A DNA stretch of 56,633 bases from Hyphomicrobiales bacterium (GCA_026989045.1 JALSJY010000172.1:1-56633), one strand, 5' to 3'. Counted from the first letter of the stretch, positions 1 through 8,643 are shown. The notes: generated from the sequence alone by a model not told the origin. Made by a program: numbers and translations.

Positions 1-2536
1 CTTTAGAAATATCAAAATTGCGTACTGCTAATTGTAGGTTTGAAACTGCTTCAGGCGACCAAGAATGTGCCTCGCCACGCACTCTAAATGAATATTCACC
101 GCCAATGCTAAGGGAGCGTTGTAAAACAGCATTTTTGCCAAAAGCAAGTGAGTGGCGGCGCACTGTTTCTTTGGCCACTTCCTCTAGGCAGACACCTTCA
201 ATTGATGTTGCAGTGCCAAAGAAAAATTGATCAACAAATTTTTGACTTAAGCCAACGGCATCAAAAATTTGCGCCCCGCAATATGATTGAAAAGTAGAAA
301 TGCCCATTTTAGACATTATTTTTAACAAGCCCTTGCCAATCGCTTTTATATAGCGCTCAATAACTTCGAACTCATCGACCTCCGGCGGATATTCGCCCCT
401 TGCGTGCAAAGAGGCTAGGGTTTCAAATGCTAGATATGGGTTAATAGCCTCTGCGCCATATCCTGCAAGAACCGCAAAATGATGCACTTCGCGAGCCTCG
501 CCAGTTTCCACAACCAAGCCACAAGAAGTGCGCAAGCCTTTTCTAATAAGATGATGATGAACAGCGGCAGTTGCTAAAAGGGCTGGGATTGCAATGCGGG
601 TGGCCTGCACTAAACGATCAGAAAGAATAATGATATTATAGCCGTTGTTAACCGCCCTTTCGGCCAAATCGCAAACTTGTTTTATGGCATTTTCCATGCC
701 TTCTTCGCCCTTATCAACATTATAGGTAATGTCTAAAGTTTGTGCTTGGAATTGATTGTCGCCAATTTGTGAAATTGTGCGAATTTTTTCTAAATCATCA
801 TTGGTCAAAATTGGTTGGCGAACCTCAAGTCGCTTAAGGCTGGACAAACCCTTAAGGTCAAAAATATTTGGCCTTGGGCCAATGAATGAGCGTAAACTCA
901 TCACTGATTCTTCACGAATAGGGTCAATAGGTGGATTAGTAACCTGCGCAAAATTTTGCTTGAAATAAGTATAAAGCAATTTTGACTTATGCGATAAAAC
1001 AGAGATGGGAGTGTCCGTTCCCATCGAGCCAGTTCCCTCTTGCCCCGTTGTTGCCATCGGTGCCATTAGCAAAGTCAAATCTTCATTGCTATAAGCAAAA
1101 GCTTGCTGCCTATCGAGTAGCATCTCTAGGGTTTTTGGCGCTTTTGCTGGCACTTGCGGTAAATCTTCAAGTATAATTCTTGTGCGCTCTAGCCATTTAT
1201 CATAGGGGTATTTTTGTGCCAGACTTTCTTTTATTTCATCGTCAGAAATAATTCGTTGCTGCTTTAAATCAATGACCAGCATTTTACCGGGTTGAAGCCG
1301 CCATTTTTCTACAATTTCACTCTCATCAATATCTAAAGTGCCAGCTTCAGAGGCCAAAATTAAATGATCGTCTTTGGTTCTGAAATAACGTGCAGGCCTT
1401 AACCCGTTTCTATCAAGGGTTGAAACAATATAACGCCCATCACAAAGCGCCATTGCAGCCGGCCCGTCCCAAGGCTCCATCATTACGGCATGATAGGCGA
1501 AAAAATTTCGCCTTGCTTTATCCATTAAAACGTTATTTTCCCACGCCTCTGGTATCAACATCATTGCCGCATGAGGAAGGGAATAACCCCCACGCACCAA
1601 AAACTCCAACGCATTATCAAAACAAGCAGTGTCGGACTGCCCCTCATAAGAAATAGGCCAGAGTTTATTTATATCCTCCCCAAAAAGCTCAGATTTAACA
1701 GAAGCTTGCCGCGCTGCCATCCAGTTAACATTGCCCCTAATAGTGTTAATTTCACCATTATGAGTTGTCATGCGATATGGGTGAGCAAGTTTCCATGAGG
1801 GAAAGGTATTGGTTGAAAATCTTTGATGAACCAAAGCCAGTGCGGAAGTGAAATCTTTATCTGCTAAATCTAAATAAAACTCACCAAGCTGGTTAGCTAA
1901 AAACATACCCTTATAAACAATTGTGCGGGCTGAAAATGAAACAAAGTAAAACCCTGTGTCTGAAAATGTTTCTGGCAGAGCTTTGTAAATTGCATTAGAA
2001 ATCACTTTGCGAGCAATAAGTGTTTTACGCTCAAAATTATCTGTGCTGATTAAAGATGGTTTTGCTACAAATATTTGCTCAATATGAGGTTGGCAGGCAA
2101 TTACATCTTTAGCTAAGTGAGAATTATTAAACGGCACTTTGCGTTTTCCTAATAATTCTAATCCCTCCGATTCTAAGCTCTTTGACAAAATATCAAAACA
2201 TTTGTCGCGCAAGTTTTTATCAGCGGGGAAAAAAACCATAGCAATGGCATATTCGCCCGCGCCAATTAGATCAAAATTAGTTGTTTTTTCAAAGAATTCA
2301 TGTGGAATTTGCGTCAATAGGCCAGCACCATCACCCATTAAAGGGTCAGCGCCAACTGCACCCCGATGTGTGAGATTGACTAAAATCTCAAGACCCTTTT
2401 CAACAATTAAGTGAGATTTTTCATCTTTGATTGAGGCAATAAATCCAACGCCACAAGCATCATGCTCCTTGCTTGCATTATAAAGGCCATTTTTGCTGGC
2501 CTTATTTTGTGGCGAAATAAACTTTTGCTCAACCAT
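1..2536 (-). CDS. gltB: Glutamate synthase large subunit, N-terminal ~845 codons. The gene continues beyond the left window edge.
   Basis: Absent from the ORF track because it is open at the window edge. The reverse complement from ATG at 2536 reads MVEQKFISPQNKASKNGLYNASKEHDACGVGFIA. It then shows HQRFSTNTFPSWKLAHPYR, HNGEINTIRGN, EPWDGPAAM, DRNGLRPARY and FAQVTNPPIDPIRE. The frame stays open to base 1. The listed plus-strand ORFs at 18..2414 are shadows of this gene. Confidence 0.9.
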   Translation of the reverse strand, partial: MVEQKFISPQNKASKNGLYNASKEHDACGVGFIASIKDEKSHLIVEKGLEILVNLTHRGAVGADPLMGDGAGLLTQIPHEFFEKTTNFDLIGAGEYAIAMVFFPADKNLRDKCFDILSKSLESEGLELLGKRKVPFNNSHLAKDVIACQPHIEQIFVAKPSLISTDNFERKTLIARKVISNAIYKALPETFSDTGFYFVSFSARTIVYKGMFLANQLGEFYLDLADKDFTSALALVHQRFSTNTFPSWKLAHPYRMTTHNGEINTIRGNVNWMAARQASVKSELFGEDINKLWPISYEGQSDTACFDNALEFLVRGGYSLPHAAMMLIPEAWENNVLMDKARRNFFAYHAVMMEPWDGPAAMALCDGRYIVSTLDRNGLRPARYFRTKDDHLILASEAGTLDIDESEIVEKWRLQPGKMLVIDLKQQRIISDDEIKESLAQKYPYDKWLERTRIILEDLPQVPAKAPKTLEMLLDRQQAFAYSNEDLTLLMAPMATTGQEGTGSMGTDTPISVLSHKSKLLYTYFKQNFAQVTNPPIDPIREESVMSLRSFIGPRPNIFDLKGLSSLKRLEVRQPILTNDDLEKIRTISQIGDNQFQAQTLDITYNVDKGEEGMENAIKQVCDLAERAVNNGYNIIILSDRLVQATRIAIPALLATAAVHHHLIRKGLRTSCGLVVETGEAREVHHFAVLAGYGAEAINPYLAFETLASLHARGEYPPEVDEFEVIERYIKAIGKGLLKIMSKMGISTFQSYCGAQIFDAVGLSQKFVDQFFFGTATSIEGVCLEEVAKETVRRHSLAFGKNAVLQRSLSIGGEYSFRVRGEAHSWSPEAVSNLQLAVRNFDISK

Positions 2537-2650
2537 TTAACTCACTATCCTATTAAAATATGCTTTTACCTTTTATTATAGACAGCATTACTGTCCTATT
2601 TTTAGCACAATGCCAGATTTTAGAGGTTGGAGCAAGTTTTTGAATAAATA

Positions 2651-2682
2651 AAAAGGCACAAGAAATTATCCCGTGCCTTTTT
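2651..2682 (-). terminator. Rho-independent terminator downstream of hsp20
   Basis: AAAAGGCAC (2651-2659) pairs with GTGCCTTTT (2673-2681). On the minus strand the hairpin is followed by a T-rich tract, about 20 nt after the hsp20 stop. Confidence 0.7.
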
Positions 2683-2702
2683 GTGAGTTAGAAATTTACA
2701 AA

Positions 2703-3170
2703 TTACGCTTTGTTTTTGGTTGTAATTTTGTTTTCTTTTGAGTTGGATCCGTCACCAATAGCAATTTTTTTGGTCTTTTTGCTTTCTGGTACTTCTCGCT
2801 TTAGTTCAATATTAAGCAGACCATTTTTAAGTTCAGCGCCTACTACTTCTACATAATCACCAAGCTGAAAGCGAAGTTCAAAGTCGCGCTCAGCAATACC
2901 GCGATGCAAAAATTCGCGCTCATTTTGCTTAAAGTCGCTTATTTTTGATCCCTTGATAGTCAAGCTAGTTTCTTTGGTTTCAATTTCTATATCATCAATA
3001 GAAAAACCCGCAACGGCAACGGATACTTGCCATCTGTCTTCTCCTATTAGTTCAATATTATAAGGGGGATAGGATTTTGTTTCTTGAGCGCTAATATTAT
3101 CAAGATTATTAAAAAGCCTATCAAAACCAACGGTTGATCGAAGGAATGGAGTAAAATCTAAAGTTTGCAT
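2703..3170 (-). CDS. Small heat-shock protein, Hsp20/alpha-crystallin family (IbpA-like)
   Basis: YPPYNIELIGEDRWQVSVAVAGF and the GLLNIEL-type C-terminal region are typical of IbpA/Hsp20. AGGAG lies 8 nt upstream of the ATG. Confidence 0.9.
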   Translation of the reverse strand: MQTLDFTPFLRSTVGFDRLFNNLDNISAQETKSYPPYNIELIGEDRWQVSVAVAGFSIDDIEIETKETSLTIKGSKISDFKQNEREFLHRGIAERDFELRFQLGDYVEVVGAELKNGLLNIELKREVPESKKTKKIAIGDGSNSKENKITTKNKA

Positions 3171-3290
3171 AAAAGTTCTCCTTTAATAAATGTTGAGCAA
3201 CTTAAATTTTTAAAAAACACACTTTTATCCCCGCTATTAGCAGCAAATAGAGCATATTATTTAGCTCCCAAATTATTATGGCGAGCAGAA
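3171..3290 (-). promoter_or_regulatory. ROSE-like 5' UTR (candidate RNA thermometer) of hsp20
   Basis: The mRNA sense of 3203..3173 is AAGUUGCUCAACAUUUAUUAAAGGAGAACUU. AAGUU pairs with AACUU and CUC pairs with GAG of the SD, leaving one bulged G in a UUGCU motif. Additional upstream hairpins are present (CUAUU/AAUAG and GAGC/GCUC). Confidence 0.55.
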
Positions 3291-3293
3291 GAA

Positions 3294-3321
3294 ATGTAAG
3301 AAAGGAAAATTTTATTTCAAG
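3294..3321 (-). promoter_or_regulatory. Candidate sigma32 (RpoH)-type promoter for hsp20
   Basis: The minus strand reads CTTGAA-ataaaattttccttt-CTTACAT. This is CTTG-N17-CTTACAT, close to the alphaproteobacterial CTTG-N17-CYTATNT consensus. It sits about 125 nt upstream of the ATG. Confidence 0.5.
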
Positions 3322-3636
3322 GGTTGGTGGGTTTTGGAAATAAAATAATTAGCCAAATTAACATGAACCAAAGATGAATATTTAACTCAAAATCCATTCA
3401 GCATATTCTTGCTAAATTGCTTTAGTGTTAGTGAGCTAAAGTAATAATGCTTTTTTCATTACGCTTATGACTAAACTAGATGCTGCTAATCCCCCGCCAG
3501 CATTTAGCTAAAATAAAGGCTAGCTTTCTTTAAATATAAGAATAGCTGGCCTTTTATTTGCACCTCTTATATCATTAAAAATCTAATAAGTTTAAATATA
3601 TTTAGTAATTTACTTTTTAATAAAGATGATTTTGAG

Positions 3637-4611
3637 ATGAATAATATAGTTGACCCTAACGGCCCAGAACTTTGTATTGTCCCGTCAAATCCTGCTCCTA
3701 ATGGAGCGCGGGTTGCCTATATGAAAACTAGCGATAATATTAAACTAAGATATGCGCTTTGGCGGCCAAAGGGTAGGCGCAATAAAGGCACTATTTGTTT
3801 AGTGCATGGGCGAACCGAATTCATTGAAAAATATTTTGAAACAATCAATGATTTTTTAGAGCGCGGCTTTGCAGTTGCGACGTTTGATTGGCGTGGGCAG
3901 GGTGGCTCTGAGCGTTTAATTAAAAACAAAAAGCTTGGTTATGTTGATCAATTTAGTGATTATTTCATAGACTTACAAAGTTTTCATGCAGAAATTTTAT
4001 TGCCAGACTGCCCCCCACCATATTATTTAGTTGGCCATTCAATGGGTGGGTTGGTTTCATTATTGGCCTCTGTTCATGATCGTATGATGTTTGATAGAAT
4101 ATTTCTTTCTGCGCCAATGATAGAGGTGACAGGCCAGCATTTTTCTATGGCAGGTATGGCAACATTTGCAGAGGCTTTATGTTTTTTGGGTCTTTCTCAA
4201 TTCCCTGCCGCTCCGAACTCTGGCTTTAAAACATCAAAAAAGCTTTTCCCTGGTAACACACTAACCTCAGATTTTGAACGCTATAAACGTTCGATTGATA
4301 TATTTAAAGTTAGGCCTGATTTAGAAATTTTAGCCCCAACATTTAGATGGGCAGCAACCTCATTTCGCGCTATGGCGCGAGCGGGATCACAAGATTTCCC
4401 CTTAAAGATGAAAATTCCAGTTTTTATGTTAGCCGCCGCACGTGATGAGGTGGTATCAAGCGATGCAATTGAGCAATTAGGGTTGCAAATGCGCATTGGC
4501 CATCATGCAGTAATTGGCGCAGCACGGCATGAATTATTTATGGAAAATGATGATATTCGTGGGCAGGTTTTTGCTGCTTTTGATGCTTTTGTTACTGAGC
4601 AATCTGTTTAA
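3637..4611 (+). CDS. Alpha/beta hydrolase, lysophospholipase-like
   Basis: Contains the GHSMGG nucleophile elbow and HGRTEFIEKY, a PldB/monoglyceride-lipase-like N-terminal motif. Confidence 0.75.
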   Translation: MNNIVDPNGPELCIVPSNPAPNGARVAYMKTSDNIKLRYALWRPKGRRNKGTICLVHGRTEFIEKYFETINDFLERGFAVATFDWRGQGGSERLIKNKKLGYVDQFSDYFIDLQSFHAEILLPDCPPPYYLVGHSMGGLVSLLASVHDRMMFDRIFLSAPMIEVTGQHFSMAGMATFAEALCFLGLSQFPAAPNSGFKTSKKLFPGNTLTSDFERYKRSIDIFKVRPDLEILAPTFRWAATSFRAMARAGSQDFPLKMKIPVFMLAAARDEVVSSDAIEQLGLQMRIGHHAVIGAARHELFMENDDIRGQVFAAFDAFVTEQSV

Positions 4612-4717
4612 AAATAGCTAAATTTTTTATTTACTTTGTTTCTAAGGGGGGAGAGCCTCCTTTGTGCTCATTCCTTGATTGGGGGGTGTTGCTGAAAGAA
4701 AATTATTAAATGTAGTG

Positions 4718-4747
4718 TTGACATAATGATATCAAAATGATATCAAA
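4718..4747 (+). promoter_or_regulatory. Candidate promoter with a tandem 11-bp repeat (possible RHH operator) upstream of the SPFH operon
   Basis: TTGACA lies at 4718-4723. It is followed by ATGATATCAAA at 4726-4736 and again at 4737-4747. Each copy contains a GATATC palindrome. AAGGAG lies 8 nt before the ATG at 4776. Confidence 0.45.
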
Positions 4748-4775
4748 ATAATAATTCAATTTAAGGAGTAATTTT

Positions 4776-5645
4776 ATGAAAGAGAAAGAATATAAGTCAT
4801 TGGTGGGCATACCTTTATTGCTATTGTCACTGGTAATAACTATTCTTGCTATAGTTGGTGTTGTTTACTTGCTTAATCTTGGTGGCTCTGTTTTATTGGC
4901 CATCATTATTTTTCCCATTACTGCGCTCATATGTTTCTTTTTATTAGCTGGATTATATATGGTTGAGCCAAATCAATCGGCGGTGCTTTCTTTATTTGGC
5001 AAATATATTGGCACAGTTAGAACGCAAGGTTTACGTTGGAATAATCCATTTTTTAGCAAGAAGAAAATATCTCTTAGGGTGCGTAATTTTGAAAGTGGGC
5101 GTATGAAAGTGAATGATAAAGGCGGCTCACCGATTGAAATTGCAGCTATTGTTGTTTGGGAAGTCTCAGATAGTGCCGAAGCTGTGTTTAATGTTGATGA
5201 TTATGAAAGTTTTGTACAAATTCAAAGCGAGGCGGCTATTCGCTCTATGGCATCAATTTATCCCTATGACCCTCAAGATGAGAAGGAAGTTGCTTTGCGC
5301 TCTCACCCCAAGGAAATTTCAGAACAGATGCGAATTGAAGTGCAAGATAGACTAGTAAAGGCAGGGATAAATGTAATTGAGGCACGTATTTCACACTTAG
5401 CTTATTCACCTGAAATTGCACAGGCAATGCTTCAGCGCCAGCAAGCTGGTGCTATTATTGCTGCTCGTTCTCGTATTGTTGAAGGTGCGGTTGGCATGGT
5501 AGAAATGGCACTTGATAGTCTAAAAGAAAAAGGTGTTGTAGATTTAGATGAAGAGCGCCGCGCTGCAATGGTTAGTAATTTGCTGGTGGTGTTATGTTCT
5601 GATAGCGCAACCCAACCAGTGGTTAATACTGGTTCTATTTACTAA
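4776..5645 (+). CDS. SPFH/band-7 domain membrane protein
   Basis: Two N-terminal hydrophobic helices are followed by an SPFH-like core ([38 protein letters not shown]). Confidence 0.75.
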   Translation: MKEKEYKSLVGIPLLLLSLVITILAIVGVVYLLNLGGSVLLAIIIFPITALICFFLLAGLYMVEPNQSAVLSLFGKYIGTVRTQGLRWNNPFFSKKKISLRVRNFESGRMKVNDKGGSPIEIAAIVVWEVSDSAEAVFNVDDYESFVQIQSEAAIRSMASIYPYDPQDEKEVALRSHPKEISEQMRIEVQDRLVKAGINVIEARISHLAYSPEIAQAMLQRQQAGAIIAARSRIVEGAVGMVEMALDSLKEKGVVDLDEERRAAMVSNLLVVLCSDSATQPVVNTGSIY

Positions 5646-5653
5646 TAATCAAT

Positions 5654-5866
5654 ATGGCTCGTTCAAGCAAAAAAGTAATTAAATCCTATCCATTGCGCAT
5701 TCATGCAGATATTATAGATGCTATGAAACGCTGGTCTGATGATGAATTACGCTCTTTGAATGGGCAAATTGAATATGTGTTGCGCGATCAATTGCGCAGG
5801 GCTAATCGGCTTAAAGAAATGGAGCCAGAAGTAGTTTTAACTGATAAGCAGGAAAAAAATGAATAA
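5654..5866 (+). CDS. Arc-like ribbon-helix-helix DNA-binding protein
   Basis: YPLRIHADIIDAMKRWSDDELRSLNGQIEYVLRDQL matches the Arc/MetJ-type RHH pattern. The gene starts 8 nt after the SPFH stop. Confidence 0.65.
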   Translation: MARSSKKVIKSYPLRIHADIIDAMKRWSDDELRSLNGQIEYVLRDQLRRANRLKEMEPEVVLTDKQEKNE

Positions 5867-6044
5867 GTGGAAATATAAAGTTGAGAGCATAAAATTATCT
5901 GTCTTTAAGGGAGGAGATAAACACGCAGAAATTATGCAAGAAAGATTAACCCGACTGGGAATGGAAGGCTGGGAGTTGGTTACTGTATCTTCTGATTCAT
6001 CAATGAGTGGTTTTGTAATTCTTTATCTAAAACGCCCTTACTGA
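5859..6044 (+). CDS. DUF4177 domain protein
   Basis: MNKWKYKV...LTRLGMEGWELVTV...ILYLKRP follows the DUF4177 pattern (WEYK ... G.EGWELV ... FKR). It overlaps the upstream gene by ATGAATAA. Confidence 0.65.
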   Translation: MNKWKYKVESIKLSVFKGGDKHAEIMQERLTRLGMEGWELVTVSSDSSMSGFVILYLKRPY

Positions 6045-6063
6045 TTTATAGAAGCTGGAGATT

Positions 6064-6861
6064 TCAAACTAAATGTTTATACAAAATATCTAAAGCTCTA
6101 TCATGCAACTTAGGGGTCGCGCTAGCGATAATATTACCGCCATTTTCAGCTCTCTTTCCGCTCCATGTTGAAACCACACCTCCAGCATTTTCAATTATGG
6201 CAATTAAAGGTGCAATATCATAAGGCTTAAGCTCAGGCTCAATCACCAAATCAATCTGTCCAGCTGCCAATAGGCTAAAAGCATAACAATCAACTCCATA
6301 ACGCGATAAAAGAACTTGCTCTTCAAGCTTTTGAAAGGCTTTGAAATCCCCCTTATTAGAAAATAATTTAGGATCAGTGGTGAACATTGTTGCGTTTTTT
6401 AATGCCTTGGTGTTGCGCACCTGTAATTTTGTAGTTTTTCCTTGGTGTGTAAATTCAGCACTATCACCAACAGCTATAAAAGTTTCACCAATATATGGCT
6501 GACTCATCAGGCCAGCAATTGCCTTACCATTTTCTTTTAAGCCAATAAGAGTTCCCCAAACTGGCAGACCAGAAATATAAGAGCGTGTGCCATCTATTGG
6601 ATCAATCACCCAAGTATATGGGCTATTTGTTTTTTTATCTTCAAATTCTTCACCCTTTATTGAATGCTCAGGAAAAGCCATTGAGATAATATCTCTAATG
6701 GTAGTTTCAGCATTTTGATCGGCAATGGTAACTGGGTCGAACCCAATTTTATATTTATTATCTATTTTTAACGATGAGCGGAAATATTTCAAACTCTCCT
6801 TTGCTGCAGCTTTTGATGCTTCAAGCATTGTTGTTTTTAGTTTTTTCTCATCAATTGGCAT
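6064..6861 (-). CDS. Inositol-monophosphatase family protein, probable histidinol-phosphatase (HisN-type)
   Basis: Contains WVIDPIDGT and the downstream YDIAPL metal/substrate motifs. The length is about 265 aa. The HisN assignment is an inference from family and size. Confidence 0.6.
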   Translation of the reverse strand: MPIDEKKLKTTMLEASKAAAKESLKYFRSSLKIDNKYKIGFDPVTIADQNAETTIRDIISMAFPEHSIKGEEFEDKKTNSPYTWVIDPIDGTRSYISGLPVWGTLIGLKENGKAIAGLMSQPYIGETFIAVGDSAEFTHQGKTTKLQVRNTKALKNATMFTTDPKLFSNKGDFKAFQKLEEQVLLSRYGVDCYAFSLLAAGQIDLVIEPELKPYDIAPLIAIIENAGGVVSTWSGKRAENGGNIIASATPKLHDRALDILYKHLV

Positions 6862-6881
6862 TATTTATCCAGTAATTTGGT

Positions 6882-7766
6882 TTACTCGGCAGCTTTTATC
6901 TCAATATTAAACAATCTAGTGATGTTTAATTCCATTAGCGCCAAAATTAAATCATCTAATATTTTTTTAAGAGCTAAAAAATTATCGCTTTTTTTTAGAC
7001 TTGCTTCATTCATATATAAATTGCGAGAAATTTCAATTTGAAGAGCATGAATATTATGCTTTGGCTTGCCATAAGAATGGGTAATAAACCCTCCTGCATA
7101 GGGTTGGTTTTTTACAACTGTTAGTCCAGCCCCCACAAAAATAGTTTCAACTAAATCAATTATAACTGGTGAGCAAGAACAGCCAAATCTATCACCTAAA
7201 ATAATATCTGGAGCTTTATTATTGCGTGTTTTTTCTAGGCTAGGCATAGAGTGGCAATCGATCAAAACTACTGCTCCAAATTGCTCAACCGTTTGTCCCA
7301 AAAGCTTTTGCAAGGCGAGATGATAGGGGCGATAAATTCCCTCTATGCGCATTTTTGCATCATCAAGGCTTAGTTTGTTTGAATATATTTTCCTATTAGG
7401 TGCAACTATTTTGGCAATCGTGCCAAGGCCAGTTTTAACTCTTTGTGACTTAATATTATAGTATTTCGGCAAAATATCGCTAAACATTTTTTGATCTAGC
7501 TCATAAGGTTCACGATTAACATCTAAATAAGCACGAGGAAAAAGCGCTCTTAACATTGGCGCTCCCATTTTTGGAGCATTATTAAACAGCTCATCAATAT
7601 AGGCATCTTCTGATTGGCGAATAGAAAAATTATCAAGCCTGCTTATTTCTATAAAGCGTTTTGGATAGTCAGAGCCTGAATGAGCAGAATTAAACACAAT
7701 AGGGGCGCTTTGGCGCTTAGGCCTAATAGTTTCAAACGCTATTTTATTATGATAATCCGAAAGCAT
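6882..7766 (-). CDS. N-formylglutamate amidohydrolase family protein
   Basis: FNSAHSGSDYP and LIDCHSMPS motifs are typical of the FGase family. Confidence 0.65.
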   Translation of the reverse strand: MLSDYHNKIAFETIRPKRQSAPIVFNSAHSGSDYPKRFIEISRLDNFSIRQSEDAYIDELFNNAPKMGAPMLRALFPRAYLDVNREPYELDQKMFSDILPKYYNIKSQRVKTGLGTIAKIVAPNRKIYSNKLSLDDAKMRIEGIYRPYHLALQKLLGQTVEQFGAVVLIDCHSMPSLEKTRNNKAPDIILGDRFGCSCSPVIIDLVETIFVGAGLTVVKNQPYAGGFITHSYGKPKHNIHALQIEISRNLYMNEASLKKSDNFLALKKILDDLILALMELNITRLFNIEIKAAE

Positions 7767-7990
7767 GAAGTCAAATTTTCCTAATATTTAATAAATTATG
7801 GATGTGTATTCATATTTGTTTCAAACTTGATAAAAAGTCCAGTATTAGATTATGAAATTATTGGGTAGATATTAGTAAGAAAATTATTTACCCTTTTAAT
7901 TAAAAATTTTAACAAAATAATATTTTATAAATTACTATTTTGCTACTATACTCGTAATTACAATTTTGAAATAAATAAAAGGCTATCCAA

Positions 7991-8350
7991 ATGAATCGTA
8001 TCTTACTAGCTGAAGATGATGACGATATGCGCCAGTTTTTAACCCGCGCCCTTAAAGCCGCCGGTTATGAAGTAACTGCATTTGATAATGGTAAATCAGC
8101 CTATGAGAAATTGCGCGAAGAGCCTTTTTCACTTTTATTATCTGATATTGTTATGCCGGAAATGGACGGAATTGAATTGGCGCGCCGTGCAACAGAGCTT
8201 GATCCTGATTTAAAAATTATGTTTATTACAGGCTTTGCTGCGGTTGCACTTAATCCAGACAGTGAAGCACCAAAAGATGCATCTGTTTTATCAAAGCCCT
8301 TTCACCTTAAAGATCTTGTAAATGAGGTTGAGCGATTACTGGCGGCGTAA
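7991..8350 (+). CDS. cpdR: Single-domain response regulator CpdR (ClpXP adaptor/localisation factor)
   Basis: Near-colinear match to Caulobacter CpdR as I recall it: RILLAEDDDDMR, EEPFSLLLSDIVMPEMDGIELARRATE, DPDLKIMFITGFAAVALNPDS, VLSKPFHLKDLV. Confidence 0.85.
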   Translation: MNRILLAEDDDDMRQFLTRALKAAGYEVTAFDNGKSAYEKLREEPFSLLLSDIVMPEMDGIELARRATELDPDLKIMFITGFAAVALNPDSEAPKDASVLSKPFHLKDLVNEVERLLAA

Positions 8351-8363
8351 ATATTTAGGTGCA

Positions 8364-8432
8364 GTCATCTTGAGCGAAGCCGAAAGATCTTTTTACCTAT
8401 CATAAAAGACTCTTCGCTTTGCTCAGAGTGAC
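8364..8432. repeat. Imperfect 25-bp inverted repeat (REP/MITE-like palindromic element)
   Basis: GTCATCTTGAGCGAAGCCGAAAGATC (8364-8389) faces the reverse complement of GTCACTCTGAGCAAAGCGAAGAGTC (8408-8432). The arms are separated by 18 nt. The element lies 14 nt after the cpdR stop. Confidence 0.6.
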
Positions 8433-8554
8433 ATCGAGACTTGCTAGCTTTTCCATTCATTATATGATAGAAAATAACTAACCTTATTCTTTTGTTGACC
8501 AAAATTCTATCTTGTGGTTTATCGCCAATAATATTTATTAGCCAAAGCAAAGAT

Positions 8555-8629
8555 GGGCGTATAGCTCAGCGGGAGAGCACTACATTGACATTGTAGGGGT
8601 CACTGGTTCAATCCCAGTTACGCCCACCA
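8555..8629 (+). tRNA. tRNA-Val (anticodon GAC)
   Basis: Cloverleaf read by eye. Acceptor GGGCGTA/TACGCCC. D stem GCTC/GAGC. Anticodon stem CTACA/TGTAG with loop TTGACAT. T stem ACTGG/CCAGT with loop TTCAATC. Discriminator A and encoded CCA. Confidence 0.92.
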
Positions 8630-8643
8630 TCTTTGCTAATTTA

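Noticed and set aside
18-2414. Six plus-strand ORFs of 64-91 aa listed in the track (18..230, 756..968, 982..1176, 1390..1656, 1571..1798 and 2139..2414).
   Set aside because: All lie antisense to, or out of frame within, a continuous and strongly GltB-like reading frame on the minus strand (1..2536). Their products are low-complexity with no recognisable motifs, so they are shadow ORFs.
7900-7930. TTAA-rich stretch upstream of cpdR as a CtrA box.
   Set aside because: The TTAA half-sites are spaced by 5 nt or lack a second TTAA at N7. It does not fit TTAA-N7-TTAA.
8365-8550. A 61-aa minus-strand ORF between cpdR and tRNA-Val.
   Set aside because: Its C-terminal part (..CHSEQSEESF..) is simply the translation of the palindromic repeat element at 8364..8432. 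It has no RBS and no coding-like composition.
8351-8643. tRNA-Val as a possible integration hotspot or genomic-island boundary.
   Set aside because: There is no integrase and no duplicated tRNA 3' end (attR-like repeat). The genes on both sides are core genes (cpdR and the fad locus).
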